Counted from the stretch's first letter, positions 18,354-28,022 are shown. The stretch: 64,000 nt of DNA from Spirochaetes bacterium RBG_16_49_21 (GCA_001829495.1 MIBJ01000049.1:2101-66100), one strand, 5' to 3'. Numbers and translations: made by a program. Notes: generated by a model from the letters alone, not told the origin.

Positions 18354-20668
18354 TAGTGCAAATTTTAAAAAAAATATTCTCCTGGATCGGAACGCATAAA
18401 AAGATCGTGTTCATCTATGCTCCGGGAGGAGCGGCATTCATTTTAATTTCCTTCGTGGTCGTCATATTTCTCATGTGGCAGCATGATAAGGATGACGCCC
18501 TGAAAAAGCTCGCCAAATACAAGCAGCTCATTGACCGGACAGAAGAGCTGAAAAAGGGATACACCTATACCTACAGCAGCGTGGACCTCAGCGCCAAGGT
18601 CGTGGATATACCGACGAGGATTTATGACCGGAACGGCGAGATCATCGGCGAATTCTTTGAACAGAAGAGGGAGATCGTACCGTACGATTTCATCCCTGCC
18701 GGGCTCATAAAGGCAGTGATCGCGAGCGAGGACCGGGATTTTTACCAGCACCGGGGGATCAGCTATAGAGGAATATTCAGGGCGTTCCTGGTAAATCTCG
18801 TGCATTTCCACGTGGTCCAGGGAGGGAGCACCATCACCCAGCAGCTCGCCAAGGTGCTGTTTACCGATATGGAAAGGAATTTTAAGCGAAAGATATATGA
18901 GACCTTCTGCGCGCGGGAAATCGAAAAGCGGTATGACAAGCAGGATATTCTCTCCATGTACCTGAACCTTATCTATTTCGGCAACGGCGCTTACGGGGTG
19001 GAGTCCACCGCAAAGATGTTTTTCGGCACTTCGGTCAGGGAGCTTTCGTTCGTTGAATGCGCCATGATCGTCGCCACCATATCGAATCCGAAAGTCTATT
19101 CGCCCCTCTCAGACCTTGATGCGGCAGTCAAAAAGACGAGGCGGATACTCGAGTCCCTTGTGGACGCCGGCTATGCCGGCCGGGGCAAAGCGGCATCGAT
19201 GTACGAGGGGTTCCTGACGAAATGGGAGGTTAATTTTGATGAGGCGGGCAAGGCGGGATCCTCCCTTATCGGGAATTTTGTCTACAGCTCGTACCGGATC
19301 AACCGGGCGCCTTTTTTCAACGAGAGCATACGCCGGATACTGGTCGAAAAATTCGGGGAAGATGCCGTCAAAAAAGGCGGGCTCAAGGTGTACACGACCG
19401 TTGACGCCGCGAAGCAGGACGTTGCAATCAAATCCCTGAGGGCCGGGATCGAGCGGCAGCGCAATTATCATCTGAAGCTCTCAGAAAGGATTAAGAACAG
19501 GACACGGGCGGAAAAAGAGATGGAAAAGGCTGCCAATATCGAGGGGGCTCTTGTTTCCATCGACCCCGTCACCGGTGAGATTCTCGCCTATGTCGGCGGA
19601 TATGAATTTTCGGCAAAGAGCCAGAACGATCATGTGGCGCAGATCAGGCGCCAGCCCGGATCGTCGTTCAAGCCGCTAGTCTACGCCGCCGCGGTTGAGA
19701 GCAGGGACATTACCCCTTCCACTGTTTTTATTGATGAGAAGACGGCGTTCACGGGAGGGTACACGCCGCGGAACTACGACGACCGGTATAGGGGCGAGGT
19801 CATTGCCCGTGAAGCCCTCACAAAATCGATCAACGTTATCGCGGTCAAGATTCTTGAGAAAACCGGTTATGACGGTATCATGAAGACATTGAAGAAGGCG
19901 CTGTATTTGTCTGATGCGGACCTCCGGGAGCGGTTCGGGAGAACGCTTTCCCTTGCTCTGGGGAGCTATGAGCTCTCGCCCCTTGAGAGCTGCGTCCTCC
20001 GGGCCGTGATCGTCAACGGCGGGGAATATGTGAGGCCGTATGGGATCAGGCAGGTAAAGGATTACAATGACAACGTCGTATGGAATAATGAAGAGGAGGT
20101 TTCACGCCTTACTGACGAGAGGAGAAAGGAGCTCGGGAAAATCATCGATCCGGTCGCCTGCTCGATAACCCTGAATATGCTGAGGGGCGTTTTCGAGGAG
20201 GGCGGCACCGCCTACGGCGCGGTGCAGAATAAAAAAATTGATTTTCAGATAGCGGGCAAGACCGGGACCACCACGAATTATAATGATGCGTGGTTTGTCG
20301 GATGCACCTCCAACACGGCCACTGCTGTATGGATCGGGAACAAGGAAGGCGCTATCTCACTCGGATGGGGCCGGGCAGCCGCCTCCCTTGCCGCACCGGT
20401 TTGGGCCGACTATATTACCGGTATCTATAAAGGCGATCCGCCTGCTGATTTCAAAATCCCGGACCAGGGAGTATCCATGGAAAAGATATGCCTTGATTCG
20501 GGCGAGGTGGCCGGCAGGAACGGGGAATGCCCGAGGGTATCCCGGGAACTCTATTATTCCGGGTCCGAACCGGGCCGCTACTGCCATATTCACGTGCTCA
20601 AGGAAAAGACCGGGGAGGCAGGCAGGGAAACAGATGAGGGGAAGAAAAAGGATGAGACAAAAAATTAA
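18347..20668 (+). CDS. Class A penicillin-binding protein (PBP1A family; glycosyltransferase + transpeptidase)
   Basis: GT51 motifs EDRDFYQHRGI and GGSTITQQLAK; transpeptidase motifs SSFKP and KTGTT; N-terminal membrane anchor. Confidence 0.85.
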   Translation: MVIVQILKKIFSWIGTHKKIVFIYAPGGAAFILISFVVVIFLMWQHDKDDALKKLAKYKQLIDRTEELKKGYTYTYSSVDLSAKVVDIPTRIYDRNGEIIGEFFEQKREIVPYDFIPAGLIKAVIASEDRDFYQHRGISYRGIFRAFLVNLVHFHVVQGGSTITQQLAKVLFTDMERNFKRKIYETFCAREIEKRYDKQDILSMYLNLIYFGNGAYGVESTAKMFFGTSVRELSFVECAMIVATISNPKVYSPLSDLDAAVKKTRRILESLVDAGYAGRGKAASMYEGFLTKWEVNFDEAGKAGSSLIGNFVYSSYRINRAPFFNESIRRILVEKFGEDAVKKGGLKVYTTVDAAKQDVAIKSLRAGIERQRNYHLKLSERIKNRTRAEKEMEKAANIEGALVSIDPVTGEILAYVGGYEFSAKSQNDHVAQIRRQPGSSFKPLVYAAAVESRDITPSTVFIDEKTAFTGGYTPRNYDDRYRGEVIAREALTKSINVIAVKILEKTGYDGIMKTLKKALYLSDADLRERFGRTLSLALGSYELSPLESCVLRAVIVNGGEYVRPYGIRQVKDYNDNVVWNNEEEVSRLTDERRKELGKIIDPVACSITLNMLRGVFEEGGTAYGAVQNKKIDFQIAGKTGTTTNYNDAWFVGCTSNTATAVWIGNKEGAISLGWGRAAASLAAPVWADYITGIYKGDPPADFKIPDQGVSMEKICLDSGEVAGRNGECPRVSRELYYSGSEPGRYCHIHVLKEKTGEAGRETDEGKKKDETKN

Positions 20669-21515
20669 ATCGCACGCTTTAATTATCATTGCCGTTCTGT
20701 CGTTCATGTCGTTCCGGTGGCCGGTCGATGACGGTTCGGTAACCTCGACCTTCGGTGAATCACGCTGGGATCATTTTCATGACGGGGTTGATGTGGTCTC
20801 CGGAAAAAGCCGGGTCTATCCCGTGGAGGCGGGCGTCCTCCTGTTTTATTGGGACAAGGCGCTCTTTCCCATGGAAAATTATCCGGGCGGCGGGAATTAC
20901 AAGGTGCTGGGACACCGCAACGGCCTTTACTCGATCTATATGCACCAGGAGAACGGCATGCCTTCGAAAAGCATTTATACCGGGAACGATCCCGTCGGCA
21001 CAATGGGCGACACCGGCCATTCCTTGAACCGCCACCTCCACTTCTCGATCCTCAACGTCAACCGGAGAAGCTCGATAAATCCTCTTAAGCTCCTTCCCGT
21101 TTTTCCGGACAGCAGGCCGCCTGAGATTAAGGAGATCGCGTTTAAAATCGGGGACAAATATGTCATAGTGCGGGACCGGTCCAATATACGCCTCACCAGG
21201 AATTATCCCCTGTTGGTCAGAATCGTCGATTCCGCCAGCGGTCGGGAAAACCTGGGGATTTACGAGCTCTCGGTGATTTTCAACGGCAGGAATATTCTGA
21301 ACTTTAAATGCGATTTCCTCTCTTTTTCGAAAGGCCGGTTGAACATCGGCGGCAGGGGATTTGACGATCTATTCGACCGGAAAGGTTATTATAAAGTTAA
21401 AGGAGTGGTTTATGCCGAAGGCGAGAATGTATTCAAGGTCAGCGCCTCCGATTATTCAGGAAATCAAACGGAGAAAGAATTTATTTTTAACGTAAAATTG
21501 GATATGAACAAGTAA
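20634..21515 (+). CDS. M23 family metallopeptidase
   Basis: HFHDGVDV (HxxxD) and GDTGHSLNRHLHFSI (HxH) motifs, with the signal-like segment ALIIIAVLSFMSF. The track ORF starts at 20283 but that part overlaps the PBP gene. ATG 20634 is preferred and ATG 20652 is an alternative. Confidence 0.75.
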   Translation: MRGRKRMRQKIKSHALIIIAVLSFMSFRWPVDDGSVTSTFGESRWDHFHDGVDVVSGKSRVYPVEAGVLLFYWDKALFPMENYPGGGNYKVLGHRNGLYSIYMHQENGMPSKSIYTGNDPVGTMGDTGHSLNRHLHFSILNVNRRSSINPLKLLPVFPDSRPPEIKEIAFKIGDKYVIVRDRSNIRLTRNYPLLVRIVDSASGRENLGIYELSVIFNGRNILNFKCDFLSFSKGRLNIGGRGFDDLFDRKGYYKVKGVVYAEGENVFKVSASDYSGNQTEKEFIFNVKLDMNK

Positions 21516-21528
21516 GTCTCTTTCGGCT

Positions 21529-22797
21529 ATGGATCAATTTACCGTTGAAATCATCATATTGGCTTTATGCTTCATTCTGGGAGCGTTCTTCTCAGGATCC
21601 GAAAGCGCCTTTTTTTCGCTGACAAAGTCGGACATACACCGTTTTTCCCAATCAACCAACAGGAAAGAGCGATCCATTTACAAATTGATGAAGAATCCGC
21701 AGAAGATCCTCATCACGATTCTGGTCGGCAATCTTTTTGCGAACCTGATCTTTTCCACGATCTCCACGAAGCTCTTTCTCAATGTATGGCCTGACTGGGG
21801 GCATTTCATATCTATTGCGGTGGTCACGCCGCTCGTGATCATATTCAGCGAAATTTCTCCCAAGATAATAGCCTTGAATTCATATAAGGCTACTTCAAAA
21901 AATTTTCTGCCCCTTTTGCAGCTTTTTCATGTCCTGATATTCCCGGTCCGGTTCCTGCTCCTTCTGTTTACCGATGCCATGATGAGGATATTCGATCTCA
22001 AGCTCACGCATAAGAAGATTACCAAGGACGAGTTGGGCGTAGCCGTCAGACTGGGTGAAGAGCAGGGCATCATCGCGAAAGAGGAGGGAACATTTATCGA
22101 GAACGTCATACGGTTTTCAAAGAAGGACGCCTCGAACATCATGTTCCCCCGGAGCAGCGCGGTTTTTATTCCCTACGGCATGTCCATCAGGAAGGCAATG
22201 AAGGTCTTCCTCGAGTCAGGGGTGATCAGGATTCCGGTGTACCGGCAGGATCTCGACCATGTCATCGGCGTGGTGGATTCGCGGGAGCTGATCCCTTATT
22301 ATTGGGGGTATAAAAAGGCGCGGAACATAAATCGCTTTATACAGGAAATCAAGTTTTTCCCCGCTTCGCGCGAGCTCCATGATCTCTTGAGTGATTTTCT
22401 TTCCGAGGGTATCCAGATAGCCATCGTCGTCGACGAGTACGGAGGCACGGCGGGCGTGGTGACCCTCAACAAGATCCTGTCGGAGCTCATGGGAAGGGAC
22501 ATGACGAAATGGGAGGATGACTCCAAGCACGTGGTCAGAAGGATCGACGGCAACGTGTCGATAATTTCCGGGGAGATGCAGATAGATGATTTTAATTATA
22601 GATTCGGGGAACAGCTGGTGAGCAGGAACGCGGATTCCATCGGCGGCTATATCATAGAAATGCTGTCCTCTATCCCCAAGCGGGGAGAAGTCTTCAGCAC
22701 CAAAAAATACGTACTCCGGGTCCGGTATATTAAAAGGAATAAGATTGAGACCGTAGAGGTGATTCCGAGGAATCCTTTCGAGGAGATCAAGCGATGA
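21529..22797 (+). CDS. CNNM/DUF21-CBS-CorC_HlyC family protein (hemolysin-like / putative Mg/Co efflux)
   Basis: 422-aa ORF with an N-terminal 4-TM DUF21-like region (FFSGSESAFFSL), a CBS pair and a C-terminal CorC/HlyC-like domain. Confidence 0.75.
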   Translation: MDQFTVEIIILALCFILGAFFSGSESAFFSLTKSDIHRFSQSTNRKERSIYKLMKNPQKILITILVGNLFANLIFSTISTKLFLNVWPDWGHFISIAVVTPLVIIFSEISPKIIALNSYKATSKNFLPLLQLFHVLIFPVRFLLLLFTDAMMRIFDLKLTHKKITKDELGVAVRLGEEQGIIAKEEGTFIENVIRFSKKDASNIMFPRSSAVFIPYGMSIRKAMKVFLESGVIRIPVYRQDLDHVIGVVDSRELIPYYWGYKKARNINRFIQEIKFFPASRELHDLLSDFLSEGIQIAIVVDEYGGTAGVVTLNKILSELMGRDMTKWEDDSKHVVRRIDGNVSIISGEMQIDDFNYRFGEQLVSRNADSIGGYIIEMLSSIPKRGEVFSTKKYVLRVRYIKRNKIETVEVIPRNPFEEIKR

Positions 22798-24077
22798 TTC
22801 TCATCATGTCGCATTATCTGCTGTATATTATTTCTATTTTCATCATGATGCTTCTTCATTTTTTCGTGTCAGGGGTCGAGACCGCGCTTCTGACCTCTGA
22901 CAGGATACGTCTCGAGGATCTGTCCGGATCCGGCACCAGGAGCGCACGGCGCGCCTTGGCAATACTTGACAACATCGAAAACGCCATCATCATGATACAG
23001 ATAGCCGTCAACGTATTCGAGATTGCGGCTACGGCATTTATCGCCTATCTGGCCACCACGGCGTTCTTAATCGATGAACCGAAGCTGGTTCTCGTGGCCG
23101 CGGTGCAGACGGTCGTCTTTTTATTGTTGTGCGAGCTTTCCCCCAAGATAATAGCGCGCGCCAATGCGGAGAGGTTCCTCATGTTCAGTTCGTATCCGGT
23201 GGCGGTTCTCCTGGTCGTTTTTAAGCCTCTCGTGGCATTCGGATTCGCCATTTCCGGAATTCTCAAAAGGATCTTGAATGTTGCCGATTCCGGGCGCATG
23301 ATCCTCAAGTCGCGTGATGAGATCGATACACTGTTTAAAATCGGAGAAGAGGAAGGGGTCATCGACGAGGAGCACCAGGTCTATGTCTCGGAGATATTGA
23401 CGTTCAAGGATATCACCGCGCGGGAAGTCATGACACCGACGATCGACATCGTGTCCGTGGAGATCAATCAGGATGTCCGCGTTCTGGCGGATACCTTTGC
23501 AAACACAAGGTTTTCAAGAGTCCCGGTTTATGAGAAACGGGTCGATAATCTCATCGGGTACGTTTTTTACCGTGACATTCTGAAAAACAGGAATTGCAAG
23601 CGGATACAGGACGTCATGAACAAGGTTCACTATGTGCCGACGACCAAAAAGATAGTGGAGCTGTACTTTGAGATGCTGGAAAATCTGATCCCCGTGGTCT
23701 TTGTTGTCAATGAATACGGCGCAGTCGTCGGTATGGCAACCCACGAGGATATAGCAGAAGAGGTCGTGGGCGAGATCCACGCGAGCGATCAGTCGGAGGA
23801 GGAATTGATAATAGAGCTGGGCAGAGGGAGGTATCTTGTAAGCGGCAAGCTGGATATTGAGTTCTTTATGAAAAGATTTAATGCGGCCATTGAAAAAAGG
23901 GGATTTGAAACCCTCTCCGGCTTTATCGCCTACCGGATGGGCAAGATACCGAAAAAAGGCGACCGCTTTACCTACGACAAATACACGTTTATCATCGAGG
24001 AGGCAACCGAGCGCTCAATTGACAAGGTAATACTGCAGTCTGCAAAAAAGAAAAGAAGGGCTACCGAAGGAGCATAG
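22794..24077 (+). CDS. CNNM/DUF21-CBS-CorC_HlyC family protein, tandem paralog
   Basis: 427-aa ORF with the same architecture as the upstream gene (GVETALLTS.., CBS pair, CorC_HlyC tail). The start overlaps the upstream stop by 4 nt. Confidence 0.75.
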   Translation: MILIMSHYLLYIISIFIMMLLHFFVSGVETALLTSDRIRLEDLSGSGTRSARRALAILDNIENAIIMIQIAVNVFEIAATAFIAYLATTAFLIDEPKLVLVAAVQTVVFLLLCELSPKIIARANAERFLMFSSYPVAVLLVVFKPLVAFGFAISGILKRILNVADSGRMILKSRDEIDTLFKIGEEEGVIDEEHQVYVSEILTFKDITAREVMTPTIDIVSVEINQDVRVLADTFANTRFSRVPVYEKRVDNLIGYVFYRDILKNRNCKRIQDVMNKVHYVPTTKKIVELYFEMLENLIPVVFVVNEYGAVVGMATHEDIAEEVVGEIHASDQSEEELIIELGRGRYLVSGKLDIEFFMKRFNAAIEKRGFETLSGFIAYRMGKIPKKGDRFTYDKYTFIIEEATERSIDKVILQSAKKKRRATEGA

Positions 24078-24408
24078 GCCCCAGATTATCCTTGCCGCCG
24101 AGGACATGCACATGGATGTGCCATATGACCTGGCCGCTGGACTTCCCGTTGTTTATGATCACCCGGTATCCCTTCTGATCGATCCCTTTGATTTTGGCGA
24201 CCTCTTTTACAGCCAGGAATACATCGGCCATCATGAAGCTGTTGTTGCTGTTTAGATCCTCGATTCTCTCCGCATGAATTTTGGGGACGATCAGAACATG
24301 CACCGGAGCCTGCGGATGTATATCCTCAAACGCGAATACCGTATCGTCCTCATAAACTTTTGTTGCAGGCGTTTTTCCGTTTATTATGTTGCAGAACAGG
24401 CAGCCCAT
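24061..24408 (-). CDS. HIT (histidine triad) family protein
   Basis: 115-aa ORF with CLFCNI at the N-terminus and the histidine triad HIHVHVLGG. Confidence 0.85.
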   Translation of the reverse strand: MGCLFCNIINGKTPATKVYEDDTVFAFEDIHPQAPVHVLIVPKIHAERIEDLNSNNSFMMADVFLAVKEVAKIKGIDQKGYRVIINNGKSSGQVIWHIHVHVLGGKDNLGPMLLR

Positions 24409-24427
24409 AGGTCAGTCCTTAAATAAA

Positions 24428-24458
24428 GTAGTCCCCCTCCCTTGAGGAGGGGGACTAC
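24428..24458. repeat. 13-bp-stem hairpin (gtagtccccctcc-cttga-ggagggggactac) in the divergent HIT / SPL-like intergenic region
   Basis: Exact reverse-complementary arms seen directly. The core CCCTCCCTTGA resembles the family-3 repeats. Confidence 0.7.
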
Positions 24459-24486
24459 AGCTAAAAAAGTCAAGGATTTATTACGA

Positions 24487-25590
24487 ATGCGCACTATTGA
24501 TAATATAAAAATAATCGTCTATCACGGGCAGGATAAAGACAACCCGATAGTCCGGAAGTTCAGGGAACTCAAAGGAAAGGAATTCATCGAATGCGATGAA
24601 AGCCGGACCATGGATTCCGCCGCGGCACGGTTAAAGAACGCCGGCGTGCCCTCAAAAGAGGTCGTGATATTAAAACAATATAAAGGGAGGATAATCCGGC
24701 GCTGTCCGGGAACCCCGGGAATGATATGCTGCAACTACATGATTATAAACACGGGATTCAATTGCCTGTATGACTGTACGTACTGCTTCCTTAACACATA
24801 CCTCAATTCGTACGGTATCGTTCAGTTTATCAACGAGGGAATATCCATGTCCGAACTGAGAGCTTTGACTGCTGAAAAGGCCGCAGTACGGATAGGCACC
24901 GGCGAGTTTACCGACTCCCTGATGCTTGACCAGATCACCGGCATCGGCGCGTCCCTGATACGGAGCGCATCGCATTACAGAAATCTCTTTCTGGAGCTGA
25001 AGACAAAATCAAGCAACATCGAACACCTTCTTTCCGTCCCGGATAAGGGGAACGCGGTGCTGGCATGGAGCCTGAACACTGAACGAAACATACGGCTGTA
25101 TGAGGCCGGGACAGCAGCACTGGACGCGCGTATTCAGGCAGCCGCGGCTGCCTGCCGGGCGGGATACCTCGTGGCTTTTCACTTCGATCCTATTATTATA
25201 TATCCGGATTGGGAGCGTGAATATCTGGACGTTCTGGACAGACTTTTCCGTGCCATAGATGCGGAGAAGGCGGCCTGGATATCCCTGGGGTGCTTCCGCC
25301 ACAGTCCCGGATTTAAGGAGGCCATGCACGGCGCCTCTTCCGGCCCGAGCTTGACCGCGGGGGAGATGTTCCCGGGGCCTGACGGCAAATTCAGATATCT
25401 GAAGGGGATCAGAATCGGAGTTTATCATACAATGCTCGATCGGATACGATCATATGGCGGCACTACTTTCGTGTATCTTTGCATGGAATCGGCGAGCGTG
25501 TGGCGATCTGTGTTCGGTATCGAATACAAGAATTCGGATGAGCTTGAATCCGCTTTCGGCAATCACCTGAAAAACTATTTTATCCAATAG
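24487..25590 (+). CDS. Spore-photoproduct-lyase-like radical SAM protein (SplB family)
   Basis: CLYDCTYCFL radical SAM motif. The overall length and the motifs RIGTGEFTDS and ELKTKS resemble SPL-family DNA repair enzymes. The track start 24442 lies inside the hairpin, so the ATG at 24487 with an upstream AAGGA is preferred. Confidence 0.65.
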   Translation: MRTIDNIKIIVYHGQDKDNPIVRKFRELKGKEFIECDESRTMDSAAARLKNAGVPSKEVVILKQYKGRIIRRCPGTPGMICCNYMIINTGFNCLYDCTYCFLNTYLNSYGIVQFINEGISMSELRALTAEKAAVRIGTGEFTDSLMLDQITGIGASLIRSASHYRNLFLELKTKSSNIEHLLSVPDKGNAVLAWSLNTERNIRLYEAGTAALDARIQAAAAACRAGYLVAFHFDPIIIYPDWEREYLDVLDRLFRAIDAEKAAWISLGCFRHSPGFKEAMHGASSGPSLTAGEMFPGPDGKFRYLKGIRIGVYHTMLDRIRSYGGTTFVYLCMESASVWRSVFGIEYKNSDELESAFGNHLKNYFIQ

Positions 25591-25850
25591 TCTTTTCGCA
25601 TGCCCCCCAAACCCCCCAGAGGGGCTAACTTCTACCCACATCTCCATGTGTAAGAACAGGGGATAGGGGAATTGAAGAGATATCAGAGATAAGTTTATTT
25701 TTTAATCTTAAATGATTGTTTTTCCTCTTCAATTTTAACAATATTCCGTTAAAAATGTATCTCTATCATCTCTTCTATCTTCTTATCCCCCTTGCTTACA
25801 CACTTGTGGGTAGTTGTTAGCCCCTCCGGGGGATTTAGGGGGGCGAGAGA
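25591..25850. mobile_element. MITE-like foldback element (family 1), core copy
   Basis: Roughly 100-bp imperfect inverted arms (gccccccaaaccccccagaggggctaacttctacccacatctccatgtgtaagaacaggggatagg.. versus the reverse complement of ..cccccttgcttacacacttgtgggtagttgttagcccctccgggggatttaggggggc) surround an AT-rich centre. It is nearly identical to 9241-9492. Degenerate outer arms may extend to about 25575 and 25879. Confidence 0.75.
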
Positions 25851-26039
25851 CTTGATTTAAAAATGTGGATAATGATTAGATTAAAGGGAAAGACGTGTAA
25901 TAGTAATTATTAAAGAAACCAATTAAATTTCTTGACCAAATATTGCAATGCGTGTCAGATATTTTTTGATAAAAGATGCTTTACTCGGCATCACCATAGA
26001 ATTTCTGAAAATTTACTGATATTCGGGAGAGACGGCACC

Positions 26040-27146
26040 GTGGATGAGCGGGATTTTCGTGAATGCCAGAGGGAGCTTAAGAACATAATGGCCATGCTGG
26101 CGGAACTTTATGGTTCCGTGGATATTGATGCGCTTAAGAAAAAGGCCGCGGGCCTGCATCAAAAGACTCTCAATGAGGAATTCTGGCATAATAAGGAGCT
26201 GCTTGCCAAAACCAACCGGGAGATCAGCAGCCTCAGGAGGAGAATCGATCCCTTTGAACATCTCATGAGCGAGATGAAGGAAGACGCCGAGCTCTTCGAG
26301 ATGGCCGTGCAGGAAGGCGACGCTGAGGTGGTGAAGGATATCTGCGGGAAGATCGAGGCCTACAGAAAAAAATTCGGCGAGATAGAGACGCTTGAGCTTC
26401 TTTCCGGCGATGATGATTTCAGCAACGCATTCGTCGCCATACATCCCGGCGCCGGCGGCACGGAATCGCAGGATTGGGCGAACATGCTGTTTCGGATGTA
26501 CTACCGGTGGGGCGAGCAGAAGGGTTTTGCCGTTGAGGTGATTGATTATACGCCGGGTGAGGAAGCGGGCATCAAGAGCGCCACGATCCAGTTCACGGGG
26601 GAGTACGCCTATGGGTTGCTCAAGGCGGAAAAGGGGATTCACCGGTTGGTGCGGATATCCCCTTTCGACGCGAATAAGAGGCGACATACCTCATTCGCCT
26701 CCGTGGAGATTATCCCCGAGGTTTCCGAGGATATAGAGGTCGATATTAAGGAATCCGATCTGAGGATCGATACCTACCGTGCCTCAGGCGCCGGCGGCCA
26801 GCATGTCAACAAGACGGATTCCGCGGTGCGGATAACGCACATGCCGACCGGAATCGTGGTCCAATGTCAGAATGAGCGTTCGCAGCATAAAAACAAGGCT
26901 TTTGCCATGAAGGTACTCAAGGCCCGGCTCTATGAGCTTCGCAAAAAGGAATTCGAAGACAAGCAGCAGGAGAAGATCGGGGAAAAGAAGGAGATATCAT
27001 GGGGCAACCAGATCAGATCATACGTTTTCCAGCCGTACACCATGGTGAAGGACCACCGGACCGGCGAGGAAACGGGAAACATTGAACAGGTTTTTGACGG
27101 CGGAATTGACCGGTTCATTTACGCATATCTGCGCGCCATGACGTAA
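26040..27146 (+). CDS. prfB: Peptide chain release factor 2, encoded without the programmed +1 frameshift
   Basis: SPF tripeptide (RISPFDANKRRHTSF), GGQ motif (SGAGGQHVNKTDSAVRITH) and QCQNERSQHKNK. The whole N-terminus reads in a single frame. GTG 26040 with an upstream GGGAGA gives a 368-aa protein that is colinear with E. coli RF2. Confidence 0.85.
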   Translation: MDERDFRECQRELKNIMAMLAELYGSVDIDALKKKAAGLHQKTLNEEFWHNKELLAKTNREISSLRRRIDPFEHLMSEMKEDAELFEMAVQEGDAEVVKDICGKIEAYRKKFGEIETLELLSGDDDFSNAFVAIHPGAGGTESQDWANMLFRMYYRWGEQKGFAVEVIDYTPGEEAGIKSATIQFTGEYAYGLLKAEKGIHRLVRISPFDANKRRHTSFASVEIIPEVSEDIEVDIKESDLRIDTYRASGAGGQHVNKTDSAVRITHMPTGIVVQCQNERSQHKNKAFAMKVLKARLYELRKKEFEDKQQEKIGEKKEISWGNQIRSYVFQPYTMVKDHRTGEETGNIEQVFDGGIDRFIYAYLRAMT

Positions 27147-27161
27147 CTATAATCATTCATT

Positions 27162-28022
27162 ATGAAGCTGACCATCAACCAACTTGCGCGCCTTTTTGAG
27201 AAATACGGCGACGCTATTGAAATCAGATATTTCGATGATGTCGGAATCAATAATGAGAATTACTTTGTATCGGGTGATCTTGTTTTACCGGTGCATCTCC
27301 GGAGGTTCTCGGAGAAAAATATTGCCGAGATTGAGGTATTTTATACTCCTGCAGTGCATGAATATCTTGCACGGGAGTTTCCTCTTGAATTTAGGCCTGC
27401 CTATGCCAAAGCCACCTTCACCCAGATGGACAGGATTCTGGAAGGCTTGAAGAACGCCAATTCGCAATCGAAGAGGAAACGCTTCATCCGCATGGTCGGC
27501 GATGTGTACGGCATGGACCTGAACAGGGGCAGGCAGGTAATTCTTCTCAGGAACGACGAGCCGCTTGACTACAGAAAATGGAACAATTTGAAGCGGGATA
27601 TAGACCAGAGCCAGTTGTTTTCCTATAGAAATTCTGAATTAATAATTATAATTTTTGTCAACTTGACCCTCAGCGACCGGAAGATCTATATCGAGCACTT
27701 TAAAATCAATACGGATCTTATATCCCTCATCGTCACGCGATGCCGGGAGACGGCCCACTGTATTTCGCCCGACTTCATCCCGACCGAGGATGTGGTATCC
27801 GTGACCGATCCCTCTCTGTTGATCGAGGAGTATATACGCAGCAGCGCCCGCCTTATTATCATAGGGGAAAAACTTGAAGATGCGGACAAGAGAGCTTTAT
27901 TGCAGGTAAGAAATTACGATAAATTCGTCCGTCTCCTCGTGGTTCCGGCCCTGGATCATACAAACATCCAGGATTTTTTAACGCAGACGCAGCTCGTGTA
28001 TAACAACGACCGATGGCTGTAA
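27162..28022 (+). CDS. Hypothetical protein
   Basis: 286-aa ORF starting 15 nt after the prfB stop. No family recognised. Confidence 0.5.
   Translation: MKLTINQLARLFEKYGDAIEIRYFDDVGINNENYFVSGDLVLPVHLRRFSEKNIAEIEVFYTPAVHEYLAREFPLEFRPAYAKATFTQMDRILEGLKNANSQSKRKRFIRMVGDVYGMDLNRGRQVILLRNDEPLDYRKWNNLKRDIDQSQLFSYRNSELIIIIFVNLTLSDRKIYIEHFKINTDLISLIVTRCRETAHCISPDFIPTEDVVSVTDPSLLIEEYIRSSARLIIIGEKLEDADKRALLQVRNYDKFVRLLVVPALDHTNIQDFLTQTQLVYNNDRWL

Noticed and set aside
20283-20633. The 5' extension of the M23 peptidase ORF, overlapping the PBP1A 3' end by about 385 nt
   Set aside because: The extension overlaps the conserved C-terminal part of PBP1A in another frame and encodes a Pro/Arg/Gly-rich sequence. 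The peptidase signal peptide starts only near 20634-20652.
24442-24486. Track start (TTG 24442) of the SPL-like gene
   Set aside because: Those codons lie inside the 24428-24458 hairpin. The ATG at 24487 with an AAGGA upstream is a more plausible start.
25932-26039. TTG-initiated N-terminal extension of prfB with a Cys-rich peptide (CNACQIFFDKRC)
   Set aside because: It has no counterpart in RF2 proteins. GTG 26040 with an upstream GGGAGA gives a protein colinear with E. coli RF2, so the extension is probably non-coding leader.
26252-26257. A CTTTGA hexamer resembling the RF2 frameshift site
   Set aside because: It lies about 70 codons downstream of the expected site and reads as Pro-Phe-Glu in the RF2 frame. 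It has no upstream SD-like element in the right position.
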